64,000 nt of DNA, from assembly GCF_030684315.1 (NCBI RefSeq), contig NC_081369.1, positions 2,904,689-2,968,688 on the forward strand, read 5' to 3'. Source of the DNA: Stegostoma tigrinum. Taxonomy: Eukaryota. This document shows, in pieces, positions 51,283 to 63,192 of the stretch (position 1 is the first letter of the stretch; each line of letters opens with the position of its first letter). The notes beneath the pieces were generated by a model, which was given only the letters and a program-made list of their open reading frames with translations, had not been told where the DNA came from and searched no databases. A program made the position numbers and the translations under genes.

Positions 51283-51861
51283 AAAGCCACAGTCTCGTAA
51301 TATCATTAACACAGAAATCAAACCTATTCGTTCGTTTTCAGGCAATAACATCTAGTTTCTTTTCACTTTGACATAGGTGACATGATCTATCTCTTCTTGC
51401 ACATTAATTATTTTGATTTTGATTTTTGATTTTTGATTTTATTGTCGCCTGCATTTTCCAGTAATATTATAACAAAATATCGTGAAAAGCTTTCATTGGT
51501 CACCATGTGATGACGTAATTGAAATGATTTAAGAATAAGAGGGAAAAGAACAAAGATATCGCTCGGCCAGAGGTTATCAGTCCCGAGTCATCCCATCGCC
51601 ATCAGCGACACCTGAGCTGCCATCGCTCTTTTAGCGCTTGGCTAGCATCGACCATTTTTTGCTGCTGGGCCGTTATTCGTCTGCCACCAACTCGCCACTG
51701 CCTGCCAACCCACCAAAGTCAGAGTCGCCTCTCTCACTGCGAGGCTCATCTCATCGATGCTGCCTCATTTGCTATGCGTTATTTCTCTTGCAGAGAGCTG
51801 TTGCCAGATTGTCTGTTTCAGAAGCCGTGGCTAAACATCTTTAAGCTCCGTAAGTGATGGC

Positions 51862-52050
51862 AAGAACTGCAGATGCTGGGATCAGAGACAACACAGTATG
51901 GAGCTGGAGGAACACAACAGACCAGACAGCTATATGGGAGCAGGAAAGTTGACATTTTGGTTCGGGACCCTTCTTCAGGAAAGATCCCGACCAGAAAATT
52001 CAACTTTCCTGCTCCTCTGATACTGCCTTGCCTGCTGTGTTCCTCCAGAT
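51862..52050. repeat. Inverted pair of Penelope-derived short repeats
   Basis: ctggaggaacacaacagacc...gagcaggaaagttga mirrors tcaactttcctgctc...gctgtgttcctccag. Confidence 0.8.
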
Positions 52051-53649
52051 CTGTACGGGATTGTCCTAACTTCCTTGAGTGTAGCTTTTTATTGCTAATT
52101 AGATGAAAGAATCAGGCTCACACAGAATACAAAATGTTCTGTTTTCAGCTGGGGTTTGGAGATAGCGGTTGGAATAGATAGATACAACTCTCTTTGCCCT
52201 GCAGCCAAAGCTTGAGTTCTCTCTCGGCTGCGAGATCGTTTCTTCCGGTTTTCTTTTTTCCCTTGTCCAGAAGGGAAATTGCACACGAAGGGGGTTGTTT
52301 TACTATATGGCAGCAGTTTATAACTAGTTGTTAAATACGACGTTATTTCATGCAACATTTCAATGGACTTAAGGTGATGGTATGCCCTTTTCTTTTGCTT
52401 TTGAACTGCGTTGGAAAAATCAAATGTGTTTTGCTTAAAGTGTACTGTTGGACAAATCGAATAACACTCGGAATTTCAGCGCCTTACACTTGCCTTTAAA
52501 TAACATGCAGTATAATGATCTCCACTACCGTCTTAGTATATTTTGACGGGGATTCGCCTAGTCCATTACACTTACGATTTTAGCACATCCCCACTCACAC
52601 CACCCATTAGCCCCTCACCACTACTCCCCCACATCTTCAATGCCATTTTGTTTCCTTTGTGTCAATCGTTCCAAATACGTACTTCTGTGCCACCAAGCCT
52701 ATTGCTGTGGACTTCTTCTTTCTTAATTACCCCACTGAAACACACTAAACTTGACCACATACAGTGAATAATTCTTTTCATTAACTCTGGACCCGCAGAG
52801 TGGCCTTTGATCCATTTACTCGCATTGTAAAAATTCAACGGTAGAGGCAAATGCTGGCAAGTGCAAAATTCCGCTGCTGTTGAGAACCGGGCACTCTTCA
52901 GCGTGCTCAATTGTAAACTCTTAGTTCTAAATATGGACTTGTTAAATTTGGCGCGGTTCTAGAGCCACATCACACAACTTAGGGTTTTCTTAAAATGTGA
53001 AGGTTGACCTTGGCTCTATAAGATTTTTTTGTGCCCGTCACTCATAAATATACTATTTTGGGTAGGCGCACCCACACCTGAATGATTCGTTCGAGCGAGG
53101 CAAATTACATTTTCGGCACTCCCTGGTCCTATTGCCTCTTTACACGGGAACAGTAAGGAATATAAGTTATATACTCTAGGGTTTCAGTCTCTCAGGTCAG
53201 TTTAGGTACTACCAACATTGTTTTGATGCTGGACATCGTGGTTTCTGGGCCATTTCTGCTTCCATTGCTTCCTTTACGTTGTTATCAATGGAAGAGTACA
53301 GGTTAACGGATTGAGGGTGCGTGTTTGATTGTAGTCAGACAGAATATCATTTTGCTCAATGTTTAACCAGCATTAATACATTTGCTAAGCTCTAAAATCA
53401 ATGCTAAAGGTTTCCACGTCAACTATATCTTAAATGTGTATCGTTGTGGCACCAATTCCAGTTGACCTGTTGAAGCGGTTGAACGGGAGAGAGTGAAGGA
53501 TGTTCGTGTGAATTGGCTTCCAAATGACAGTTCGCTAAATATGGTCATGCCACGCTATTGTTGCATTAATTTGCGTTACTAAATGGTGCACATATAAAAC
53601 CAAATTGTTTCCATGCGTTCACACGACGATTTTAAACATGATGCAGAGC

Positions 53650-55700
53650 TGTGATTGGATCTAAAACGGAGACTGCAATGAAATTTGCTGTTAAGATTCT
53701 GACAGATTGGTTTTTCAATTGTCTCTTCCTCATTACAACATTCGACTAACTTTACCCTTTATGTTTGCTGTCAAGGTGACCTTATTATTTCCCTCGTGAC
53801 ACTCCTCATACAATATTTTGATGATTTATTACCTCTATCTTCATGAATTTTACCGAATCTTCATGACCTTTAAAAGGCTTTTTTTGTTCCCCTCACATTT
53901 TTCAATGATCTATGCATCTAAGAACAAAACACTTTTCAAAGATTCCTGTTCTTACATTCTCACTGTTTAGTAAAATTTGAAGCTAGGAGTAAGGATAGGA
54001 CATTCGGCAGTTTGAGCTTGTTTGGCCATTCCGGGTGCTTTCAATGCCACGGTCCTCAGGCTGCTTTCAATGCCACGGTCCTTTGATACCTTAATTTCTT
54101 TCTTGAATTCAATCAGTGACTGGCCTCCTCATCTTCTAAGAAAATCCAGATCAGTTAAGCATGATTCCTTTTCATAAACCCACGATGACTTTGTCGAATA
54201 CCCTTAATAATATATAAGAATTCTGTTAACATATCTTTTGTCATAGACTATCGCATTTTTCCCACAACTGACGTCGGTTAAATTGTTTTTAATTCTCTGT
54301 GTTTTTCTTTATCTCACTCTTTTTTGTTTAAATAGAGGGGTTGCATTTGCCACAGTGTAATCTGTAGGAACAGATACAGAGTCTGCAGAATTTTGTGAGG
54401 TGGATACCAATACATCTAATATTTCCAGGCTACTGTTTTTAATATTCACGGCTGCAGGTTACTAGAATCCAGAGATTTGATACCCTTTAAGCCCATCACT
54501 TTCTCCAACTAGTTTTTAGAGGTGATGCTGGCCTCTTCTAAAACAAATCCCCTCTCTGACTCTTGTTTCCTTTAATTTCTGGAAAATTATTGATATCCTC
54601 ACCTGAAGAATGAGCAAAACATCTTTTCATTTCTTACGTCCGGCCTCCTTTCTCTGCTGTAATTTCCCTGGCATCTGATTGTAAGCAGTGGACATTTGCC
54701 ATCACTGCCTATTTCTCTTCATATTCTGAGAGAATATTTTGTAAGCAGTTTTTGTATTTGTTGCATATTTAGTCTCATACTCTAACTTCCTCCTCTTGTT
54801 AGATATCTTCTGTCCTCTTTTGTTGAGTTCTAAACTGTTTCCATTTCTCAGGCTTGCTGCTTTATCTAAAAAAAAAGTCTCCTGTTTGGATCGAATAACA
54901 TCCGTCATATTCTTAGTAAACCATAGTTGAGAAACATATCCTGTTTTATTTTCGTGCCAGAAAGAAATTAATTTCTTCAATCATGCATGTTGTTCATCTT
55001 ATACTTTGCCTATCCGCTGCTGACTTTCAGTACAGCATCCAAACCATCATTGCCAACTCGTGCTGAATATGTTTATTTCGATTCAGGACCTTAGTTTGAG
55101 GTTTAACGTCTTCACTCTAGGTTAGTAAACAAATCCATCACTTTTATGGTCGCTCTTCCCCCATGGACCGAACACAACCATGTTGCTAATTAATCCTTTC
55201 TCAAAACAAAACACCAATTCTAGGACATCCTACTGTCTTGCTGCTTCCACAAAATTTTGGTTTAAAAATCCATCATGGATGCAATCTAAGAAATCCTCCT
55301 GCATATTACAATTGATACTTTGGCTTGTCCAACCTATATAAAGATTAAAACACCCATGATTACAGTTGTACCTTTCTTAAAAACATCTCGAATTTCTGTC
55401 TGTTCCCTTATATCTCTACAGCAGATTGGGTATCGAATGAGAACGCTCACCAAAGTTTCCTGGTCTTGATAGTTTTATCTCCACTTATACAGATTTCACA
55501 TTATCTTTTTTTCTAAGCCAGTTTCCTTCCTCTTTATTGCATTGGTTTTGTCTACCATTCCCTAATAATGTTGCTCACTTTGTTTCAGTTTTTGCCAGTC
55601 CCTTTTAAGTGTTGAATACACCTGCATGTTCAGTTCCGATCTGCAGCCTGCAGCCACGTCATTGCAACTATAGTAAAACGATATATACCTATCTTTAATA
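53650..55700 (-). mobile_element. Old decayed CR1 LINE
   Basis: gttaagcatgattccttttcataaacccacgatgact (SQHGF, reversed) at 54153; endonuclease-like remnants to ~55680. Confidence 0.6.
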
Positions 55701-55934
55701 GTAATTTTAATCTCTTATTTCAACTATTGCACTATTGTGGCACAATGCCTTCGGCTTGTTATTTTTGTTACTTTCATTGTAAATACACGTAAAAGCATGT
55801 TGCATGTATTTGAACATGGACGCACCCTAACTGGAAAACATGCTTTACAAACCACCAGAAGAAAGCAGCCACACAAAAGTACAGAGGACGAATGTAATCA
55901 ATACATAGATCAATCACATAAACGCGCTCGCCCT

Positions 55935-56385
55935 GAGTTGGTGTGGTTCGATCTCGACAACAAAAGATGTGCTAACAAATAGCACAATAATTGCACAATC
56001 CTTTAGCAGAATGGCTCGAACGGTTTGACACCGGAAAGAGACGAGACCGACTGCACTACAACTGCACGGATGAATTTGTAACCAACTGTTCAAAAGTAAT
56101 TATTAAAGGTTAGACATAAGCCGAAATAGTCATGCATTGCAGGAATGTTTCACCTTGTCTTGAAAAGTTAACAGACGTACCTGCTCTCAAATTTCCATTG
56201 AGTGTCTTCAACTCGAAAGTAACGTTGAAATTAGGACAATGAAGGTGCGCCTTCCGCTATTGCTTGGTGAGTCGTAATTCAGCACGCCCACTTCCCGGCT
56301 ACTGTGAAATCTTGCCATCATCTCACCCTTAATTGTCTCTAGTTAACTTGCAGCATCAGTGACGGGCTCCAGTGGCTTAGCGAGA
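55935..56385 (+). promoter_or_regulatory. Putative promoter/5' region of gene copy B, homologous to 23030-23472
   Basis: Shared blocks ttggtg...tctcga, gaatggctcgaa, ctgcacgga, ccgaaa, aacgttgaaat, cttcc. Confidence 0.55.
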
Positions 56386-56440
56386 ATGCCTGAAATCGCT
56401 TTTCTCGGGTACCTGTCAACTCTCGGTATTATTTGTACAG
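56386..56440 (+). CDS. Leader (signal peptide) exon, VJ-type IgSF gene copy B
   Basis: MPEIAFLGYLSTLGIICT, phase-1 donor G|gtatgt; homologous to 23473-23527. Confidence 0.82.
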
Positions 56441-56589
56441 GTATGTATTCACTTGTCTACTGGGTAGAAAAGAATGAATAAGAAATGGTCAACATTGTTT
56501 TTGATTATTTCCTATTGTCCTTAATGCGTGATATTAAAAAAGAAACCATATTATCCAAACAGTCACCATCTTTTTTTTTATCTCGACAG

Positions 56590-56910
56590 CTGCGAATGGG
56601 ACGGTTGTCTCGGTGAGTCAGGACCCCGCTCGTACGACCCAGCTGAAAGGCTCAAATGTAACCATTAACTGCTCTGTGTCGTTTTTCGTTCCCAACGTAT
56701 TGGTGGATGTTTATTGGTGGCGCAATCGCAAACTTTTAACCCCGGATCCAACATCAAACAAAAAGAATTTAACGAAGCTTTTCAAACAGAGAACTTCCCA
56801 GTTGCATCTGTTCAATGTGAGTTTCCAAGATTCTGGATTCTATTACTGTGGTTTTAAACAAGGGATCGGAAGGTTTTCTAATGGCAGCGGAACTGAGCTC
56901 GTTGTATATG
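56590..56910 (+). CDS. Intact single-exon germline-joined VJ-type Ig V domain, copy B (NKp30/SIRP/VJC1-like non-rearranging receptor)
   Basis: Acceptor ttttttatctcgacag|; AANGTVVSVSQDPARTTQLKGSNVTINCSVSFFVPNVLVDVYWWRNRKLLTPDPTSNKKNLTKLFKQRTSQLHLFNVSFQDSGFYYCGFKQGIGRFSNGSGTELVVY; donor G|gtgagt; B-strand Cys, C-strand Trp, DSGxYYC, GxGT. Confidence 0.92.
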
Positions 56911-57127
56911 GTGAGTGACACTGAGGTGGGATTGGGCTCCCTGAAATTAATTAGGTTCACATCAGAGAATTCGTGCTGCTTTCAACATTTGATTGATAAT
57001 CCTGTCTGTTCATACATAGTACTAACTGCAGCATTAAATCTATACTGCCTTATGCCAGGATATCTTTTCTTAAAAAGAGTCAAATTGGAGTGGAATCATT
57101 AACTCCACCTCTTCTGTTTTACTTCAG

Positions 57128-57207
57128 GTTTTGGGCCTACGTGGAATTTTGCTTTCTTACCCGAGTCAGTGATTGTTCTGCTTTTCCTACTGAACTGCTT
57201 TAAATAA
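57128..57207 (+). CDS. Candidate short hydrophobic terminal exon for copy B (TM or GPI-signal-like)
   Basis: Acceptor ctcttctgttttacttcag|; in phase with V gives GFGPTWNFAFLPESVIVLLFLLNCFK*. Confidence 0.3.
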
Positions 57208-57859
57208 TTATTTTTGCTGACTAATATCTTTCGCGAAGCTCACATTGATAGCTTCTCCCTATTTTCCATGAGAGACTGATTTTTTTTCATACGTTAGTTA
57301 GATCGTTCCGGTCGGTGTATTCAGTGCATTAGTATTGTATTTCCATTACTGAGCGTTTAGACGCAAATGTGACCAATGATAGAGAATACCACGCGATTCC
57401 GCAATCACCCAAGCTGGCGTAAGTTCTGCAGTCCTGCCCCATTTAGTTGTCCATGCTGGTAGAAAATTAACTAGCTCACAGGAGGAGAAAATAATCCCAT
57501 CGTAAATGACGGTAGTGGTCACCACATCAGCGAAAACATTAGGTTTAATCATTGGGAGCAATCTTCACCGAGAACTCCAAAGTGGGTGATCCACCTCAGC
57601 TTCGTCCAACAACCCTCTTACATAAGCCTGGTGAAGCGATTTTATTCATTATATTTGATATGCAGAAATAGCTTATGACATTGATATTGCAAGGCCTCTG
57701 GGTTGACATAGCAGAGTTTCTGTGCTCTAGAGCTCACCGCACTCTTTGCCAATCTGTTACAGTAAGGATACAACACCGGGATCTATCCAACAATCAAGGA
57801 AATTGCTCATGTTTTCACGTGAACAGGAAAATCAGGGCAAATAAAATGCTGCCAGCTAC

Positions 57860-59275
57860 TGACCCTTAATTCCACTCCCTACCATAAGTAGTAATTAGCA
57901 CAATCAGGAAACTATACACCAGTGAGCCTCACAATGGTGATTGGGAAGCTATTGGACAGAATTCTTAGGAATAGGATCCACTTGCATTTCAAACAGAGTG
58001 GCCTAATAGGGGCAATCAGGGTGGCTCTGTGTGGAGCTGCTCATGTCCTACTATCTTGATTGAATTTTTCGATGTGGTGACAAAGGTGATTGATGAGTGT
58101 AGAGTAGTGGAGGTTGTCTACATGGATCTTCGTAAGGCTTTCAACAAGGTCCCTAATGGTAGGCTTATCCAGAAGCTTAAGATGTATGGGATCAATTCCA
58201 GGTGACTTGGTGGCTTAGAATGAGAATTGGCTTAACCATAGAAGGCAAAGAATAATGGTGGAAGTGTGCTTTTCTGGCTGGAGGTCCATAAATAGTGGTG
58301 CTCCACAGGAATCCTTGCTGGGACATCTGCTGTTGATGTTAAATGTATATAAATGGCATGGATGAACAAGTGGATGGGTGGGTGGATCAGTAAGCTGCAG
58401 ATGACACAAAGATTGGTAGAGTTGTAGATAGTGTAGAAGGTTACAGATAAGGGTGGGTAAATGGCAGAGGGGGTTTATTCAGGTAAATGTGAGGTATTGC
58501 ACTTTGGGAAATCAAGTGTTAAGGAAAAGCGTACGTTTAATGGCAGGATCACCTGAACAACATTGGTGCATAGAGGGAGCTCGAAGTTCAAGTCCATAGC
58601 CCCATGAAATCAGCCACACACGTAAATATGATGGTAAATAAGGCATATAGCAAGTCTTCTTTATCGGTCGGGGAATTGAACACAGGATCAGGATTATAAG
58701 ACTTTATAACACTTTCATTAGGCCACAATTAGTGTATTGCATTCAATTCCGATCGCCACATTGCAGGAATGAGGTGGAGGCTTTAAAAGTGTCATAAGAG
58801 GTTTACCAAGATTCTGCCTGTATTAGACTGTATGATTTATAAGGGGAGGCTAGAAATAAAAACTTGGGTTGCTTTCTCTGCAGCGGTGGAGATTGAGAGG
58901 AGATTTTGTAGAAGTTTATAAAATTGTGAAATATGTAGATAGGGTTGACAGTCAGAGCCTTTGTCCCGGAGTTAAAACATCTAATACTAAGGGGCATGCA
59001 TTTGAGGTTGGCGGAAAACTCAAAGGAGATGTGAGGGACATTTTGTTTTTACACAGAGAATGTTAGGAGTCTGGAACATGCTTCAGCGGTATTGGTGGAG
59101 AGAGATACCAGAGGGGCGTTTAAGAACTTTTATACAAGCGCATGATTATGCAAGGAATGCAGGTATGTGGACCAAGGGCATGAAGAAGGGGTTAAATTAA
59201 TTTTACATTACGTTCAGCACAAAATCTTGGGTGGCAGGGCCCGTTCCTGTACTGTACTGTTCTGAGCTCTGTGTT
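57860..59275 (+). mobile_element. CR1 LINE RT/3' fragment
   Basis: Degenerate NYxPVSLT, LIEFFD, SLQRWRLRGDFVEVYKIVKYVDRVDSQSLCP; tail tgtactgtactgttct. Confidence 0.85.
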
Positions 59276-59489
59276 CAAATCAAATGGATGTGTCATTGAA
59301 ACATAGAAGTCAGGTGCAGGAGGAGGTCATTTGACCATTCAAGCCTATTCCACCATTCATCACGCTCATGGCTGATTGTCGAACTCAGTAACCTAAACTT
59401 GTTTTCTCCCCATAACCTTTGATCTAATTCAGCCCAAGTGCTGTACATAGCTTTCTCAACAGCCAATAACCAGCACTTGATCGCTAATA

Positions 59490-60445
59490 ACCTGGAAGAG
59501 ATTGCTGGGTCCTTTGCAGAGATGCTTGTATCATTGACAGCGATGGGCGAGGTATCAGAGGCCTAGAGGCTCCCTAGTGTGGTGCTATTATTTAAGAAAA
59601 GCTCTAAGTAAAAGCTAGGTACAAGAGAGCGATGAACCTTAAGTCAGTGGTGACAACATGGTTGGAGGGGATTGTGAGGGACAGGATTTATATACATTTG
59701 GAAAGGCCTGGATATGCATAGTCAACATGGTTTTGTGCGTGGCAAATCGTGTGTCACGAACTTGATGGAGTTTTTAAGAGATAACAAAGATGACTAATGA
59801 CGGCAGAACAGGATATGTTGTCGATATGGACTCAGTAAAGTTTTCCACTAGATTCTGCACAGAAGGTTGGTTAGCAAGGTTAGATCGCACAGGATCCAGG
59901 GGAAGCTAGTCAGATGGATATAAAATTGACATGAAAGTAGGAAACTGTGGGCGCTGGTAGAGTGTTTTTTTTTCAAACTGGAGGTCTTTGACCAGTGGTA
60001 TGCCACAAAAATAAGTGCTGGCTCCACCGCAATTCATCATGTATATAAATGATTTGGATGTGAACACAAGTGGTATGCTTGGTAAGTTTCACATGTAGCC
60101 AAAACAGGAGATGTAGTGGACAGTGAAAAGATTACCTGAGAGTACAACCGGATGTGATCAGCTGGGCGAATGTATTGAGGAATGGCAGATCGAGTTTATG
60201 TTAGATAAATGTGAGGCTTTGCATTTTGGTAAGGCAAGCCAGGGCAGGATATATACAATTCATGGTAGAGTCCTGTGGAGTGTTGCTTAATAAAGAGACC
60301 TAGAGATACAGGCTTATAGTTCCTTTAAAGTGCAGTCACAGGTAGACAAGGTGGTGAAGGTGATATTTAGCATGCTTATCATTATTAGTGACAGCATTGA
60401 ATATAGACGTTGTGATGCCATATTGCTGCTGTCCAGAACATTGGC
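59490..60445 (+). mobile_element. CR1 LINE RT fragment
   Basis: agtcaacatggttttgtgcgtggcaaatcgtgtgtcacgaacttgatggag (SQHGFVRGKSCVTNLME). Confidence 0.85.
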
Positions 60446-60469
60446 ACATACAGCAGGGTAAGGGTTATA

Positions 60470-62630
60470 ATTGGGGGTCGGGTTGTTTTATTCATTTTAG
60501 GCAAGATCTGGGTAACATAAAATAGGAACAGACACTGTCAGGGAAGAGCACTACAGAAGTGTGGAGCTTCTTTAAGGAATGCATACTGTGTTGCACGATA
60601 TATTTGCCCCTAGCAAGCAGGGAAGATGCAGTTGAGTGAAGGAGCTTTGATTCTAAGAGAGATTGAACAACTACTTTACAGGAAGAAGGATGCTTATAGA
60701 CAGTTTAGGGAACAAGGATCAGAAAAGGCTCTACAGGGATGCAAGTTAGCCGGAAAGGAGCTGAAGAAAGGTTTTAGGATAGCTATAAGGTGCCATGGAG
60801 AAAATCTTGGCACATAGGATCTAGGAAAACTCCAAGGCTTTTAGACGTATGTGAGGAATAAGGGAATGACCAGAGAAAGGGTAGGGCCAATCAAGGATTG
60901 TAGAGGGAATTTGTGCACGGACCCTGAAGAGATAGGAGAAGTCCTGAATGAATATTTTTCTTCCATATTCACAATGGAGAGGGACCTAGTTGGATAGGAT
61001 AACAATGTGAAACAGGCTGGCAGGCTAGAGAAGGTCGATGTTAATAAGGAAGATGTGCTAGAAATTTTGAGGAAATTGAAGATAGGTAAGTCCCCCGGGC
61101 CTGGTGGGGTTTATCTAAGGATTTTATGGGAAATGAGGTAAGAGATCGCAGGGCCTTTGGCGATGATCATTTCACCCTCACTGTCCATGGGTATAGTGCC
61201 TGAAGATTGGATAGTGGCAAACGTCATTCCTTTGTTCGAAAAAGGGAATAGGGATAAGCCAGAAATTACAGACCAGTTAGTCTTACATTCGTGGTGAGCA
61301 AATTATTAGAATGGGCGCTGAGAGATAAGGTTTATGATCAGTTGGATAGCCAGAGTTTGATTCGTGATAGTCAGCATGGATTTTTGAGGGGTAAATCATG
61401 CCTCACAAACTTATTGAATTTTTTGAAGAGGTGACCAAACATGTGGATGAAGGTAGAGGAGTGGCTATGGTACACGTGGATTTAGGTAAGGTGTTTGATA
61501 AGGTTCTCCACAGTAGGCTCATGCAGAAAGTAAGGAGGATTAGACAGGGGGAAATGTGGCAGCTTAGATTCAGAATTGGTTGACCCTTAGAAGACAATGG
61601 GTAGTAATGGATGAAAAATATTCAACATGGTGCATAGTTATGAGTGTTGTACCAAAAGGATCTGATCTGGGTCCTGTTCTATTTGTGATTTTTGTAAATC
61701 ATTTGCATGTAGGAGCAGAAAAGTGGATTAGTAAGTATGCAGATGATACAAATGGTGACTCGGGTTGTGGACCGTGCAGACGTCTGTTCTGGGTTACAAA
61801 GGGACATTGAGAGGATGCAGAGCTGGGCTGAGAAGTGGCAAATGGAGTTTGACCCTGAAAAGTGTCAGGTGAATCATTTTGGAAGGACAAATTTGAAAAC
61901 AGAATACAAGGTTAACAGAAAGATTCTGGGCAGTGTGGAGGAGCAGAGGGATCTTGGAGTTCATGTCTACAGTCCTCTGAAAGCTGCCACCCAGGTGGAT
62001 AGAGTTGTTAAGAAGGTGTATGATGTGTTAGCTTTCATTAATAGAGGAACTGAGTTCAAGAGCCATGGAGTTATGCTCCAGCTATACAAAAGCCTGGTTC
62101 AACCACATCTGGAGTATTGTGTCCAGTTCTGGTCGCCTCATTACAGGAAAGATGTGGAAGCGTTGGGAAGGATGCAGAGGAGATTTGCCAGGATGCTGCC
62201 TGGAGTGGAGAATAGGTTTTACGAGGAAAGGTTGAGAGAGTTAGGGCTTTTCTCTTGAGAACTACGGCGAATGAGAGGAGACCTGATAGAGTTATACAAA
62301 ATGATCAGAGGTATTTATAGAGTAGACAGCCAGAGACGTTTTCCTGGGGTGAAGGTAGCTATTATGAGGGGACATAGATTTAAAGTGAGTGGAAGTAGAT
62401 ATAGGGAAGACATCAGAGGTAAGTTCTTTACTCAGAGAGTGGTAGGGGAGTGGAATGTATTGCTGGAGAGGGTAGTCGAGTCGGCCTCATTAGGGGCATT
62501 TAAGCAGCTATTAGATAGGATGATAGTGTAAGGTAGGAGTTGAGGTTAGATAGAACTTAGGTTTAGGGTAAACGTTTGGCACAACATTGTGGGCTGAAGG
62601 GCCTGTACTGTGCTGCACTGTTCTTTGTTT
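60470..62630 (+). mobile_element. CR1 LINE ORF2 fragment to 3' end
   Basis: ORFs 61398-62531 with LIEFFEEVTK, SKYADDT, WAEKWQMEF, PHLEYCVQFWSPHYRKD, FFTQRVVGEWN. Confidence 0.93.
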
Positions 62631-62634
62631 TATT

Positions 62635-63192
62635 GATGAGGCCACTTTTAGATGACTGCATAAAATTGTGGTAGCCCTTCTGTTGAAAGGATTTTATTAG
62701 ACGCGAGAAGGTGAATAAAAGATTTACTAGGATGTTGCCCAGACTGGATTATTTGTGCTTTCCGGGGAGGCTGGGGCTTTATAGCCTGGGGTATCAGAGG
62801 CTGAGAATGACCTCATAGTGGATCGTAAAATCATGAGGGGCATGGACAGGGTGAATAGCTGAGGTTTTCTTCCTGGAGTGGGGGCGTTAGAAACTAGAGG
62901 CCATAGGTTTATGGGGAGTGTAGAGTGATTTTAAAATGACCTGAGGATTAGCTTTTTTCATGCAGAGGGCAATGCGTGTATGAAAAGAGCTGTCAAAGAA
63001 AGTGTTGGAAGCGGGCACAATTACAACATTCAAAAAGGCATCTGGATGGGATGATATGAAGAGGAAAGTTTTAGACGGATATAGGCCAAATGCCAGCCAA
63101 TGGGACTCGGTGTTTTGGGACGCTTTGTTGGCAGTGAAGCCCAAAGCGTCTTTTTTCCATACTGAATGAATCTATGATCCTATAACTCTATA
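62635..63192 (+). mobile_element. CR1 LINE 3' fragment
   Basis: gatgaggccacttttagatgactgcataaaattgtggtagcc...ctatgatcctataactcta. Confidence 0.8.

Noticed and set aside
52820-52990. Minus-strand LSCVMWL*N...STLK...CTCQH as a decayed C1 domain
   Set aside because: Cys-Trp spacing is wrong, there is no FxP motif and no convincing splice sites; likely chance.
54036-54082. 21-bp direct repeat tgctttcaatgccacggtcct, two copies
   Set aside because: Small local duplication inside LINE debris; only two copies, not a CRISPR or other array.
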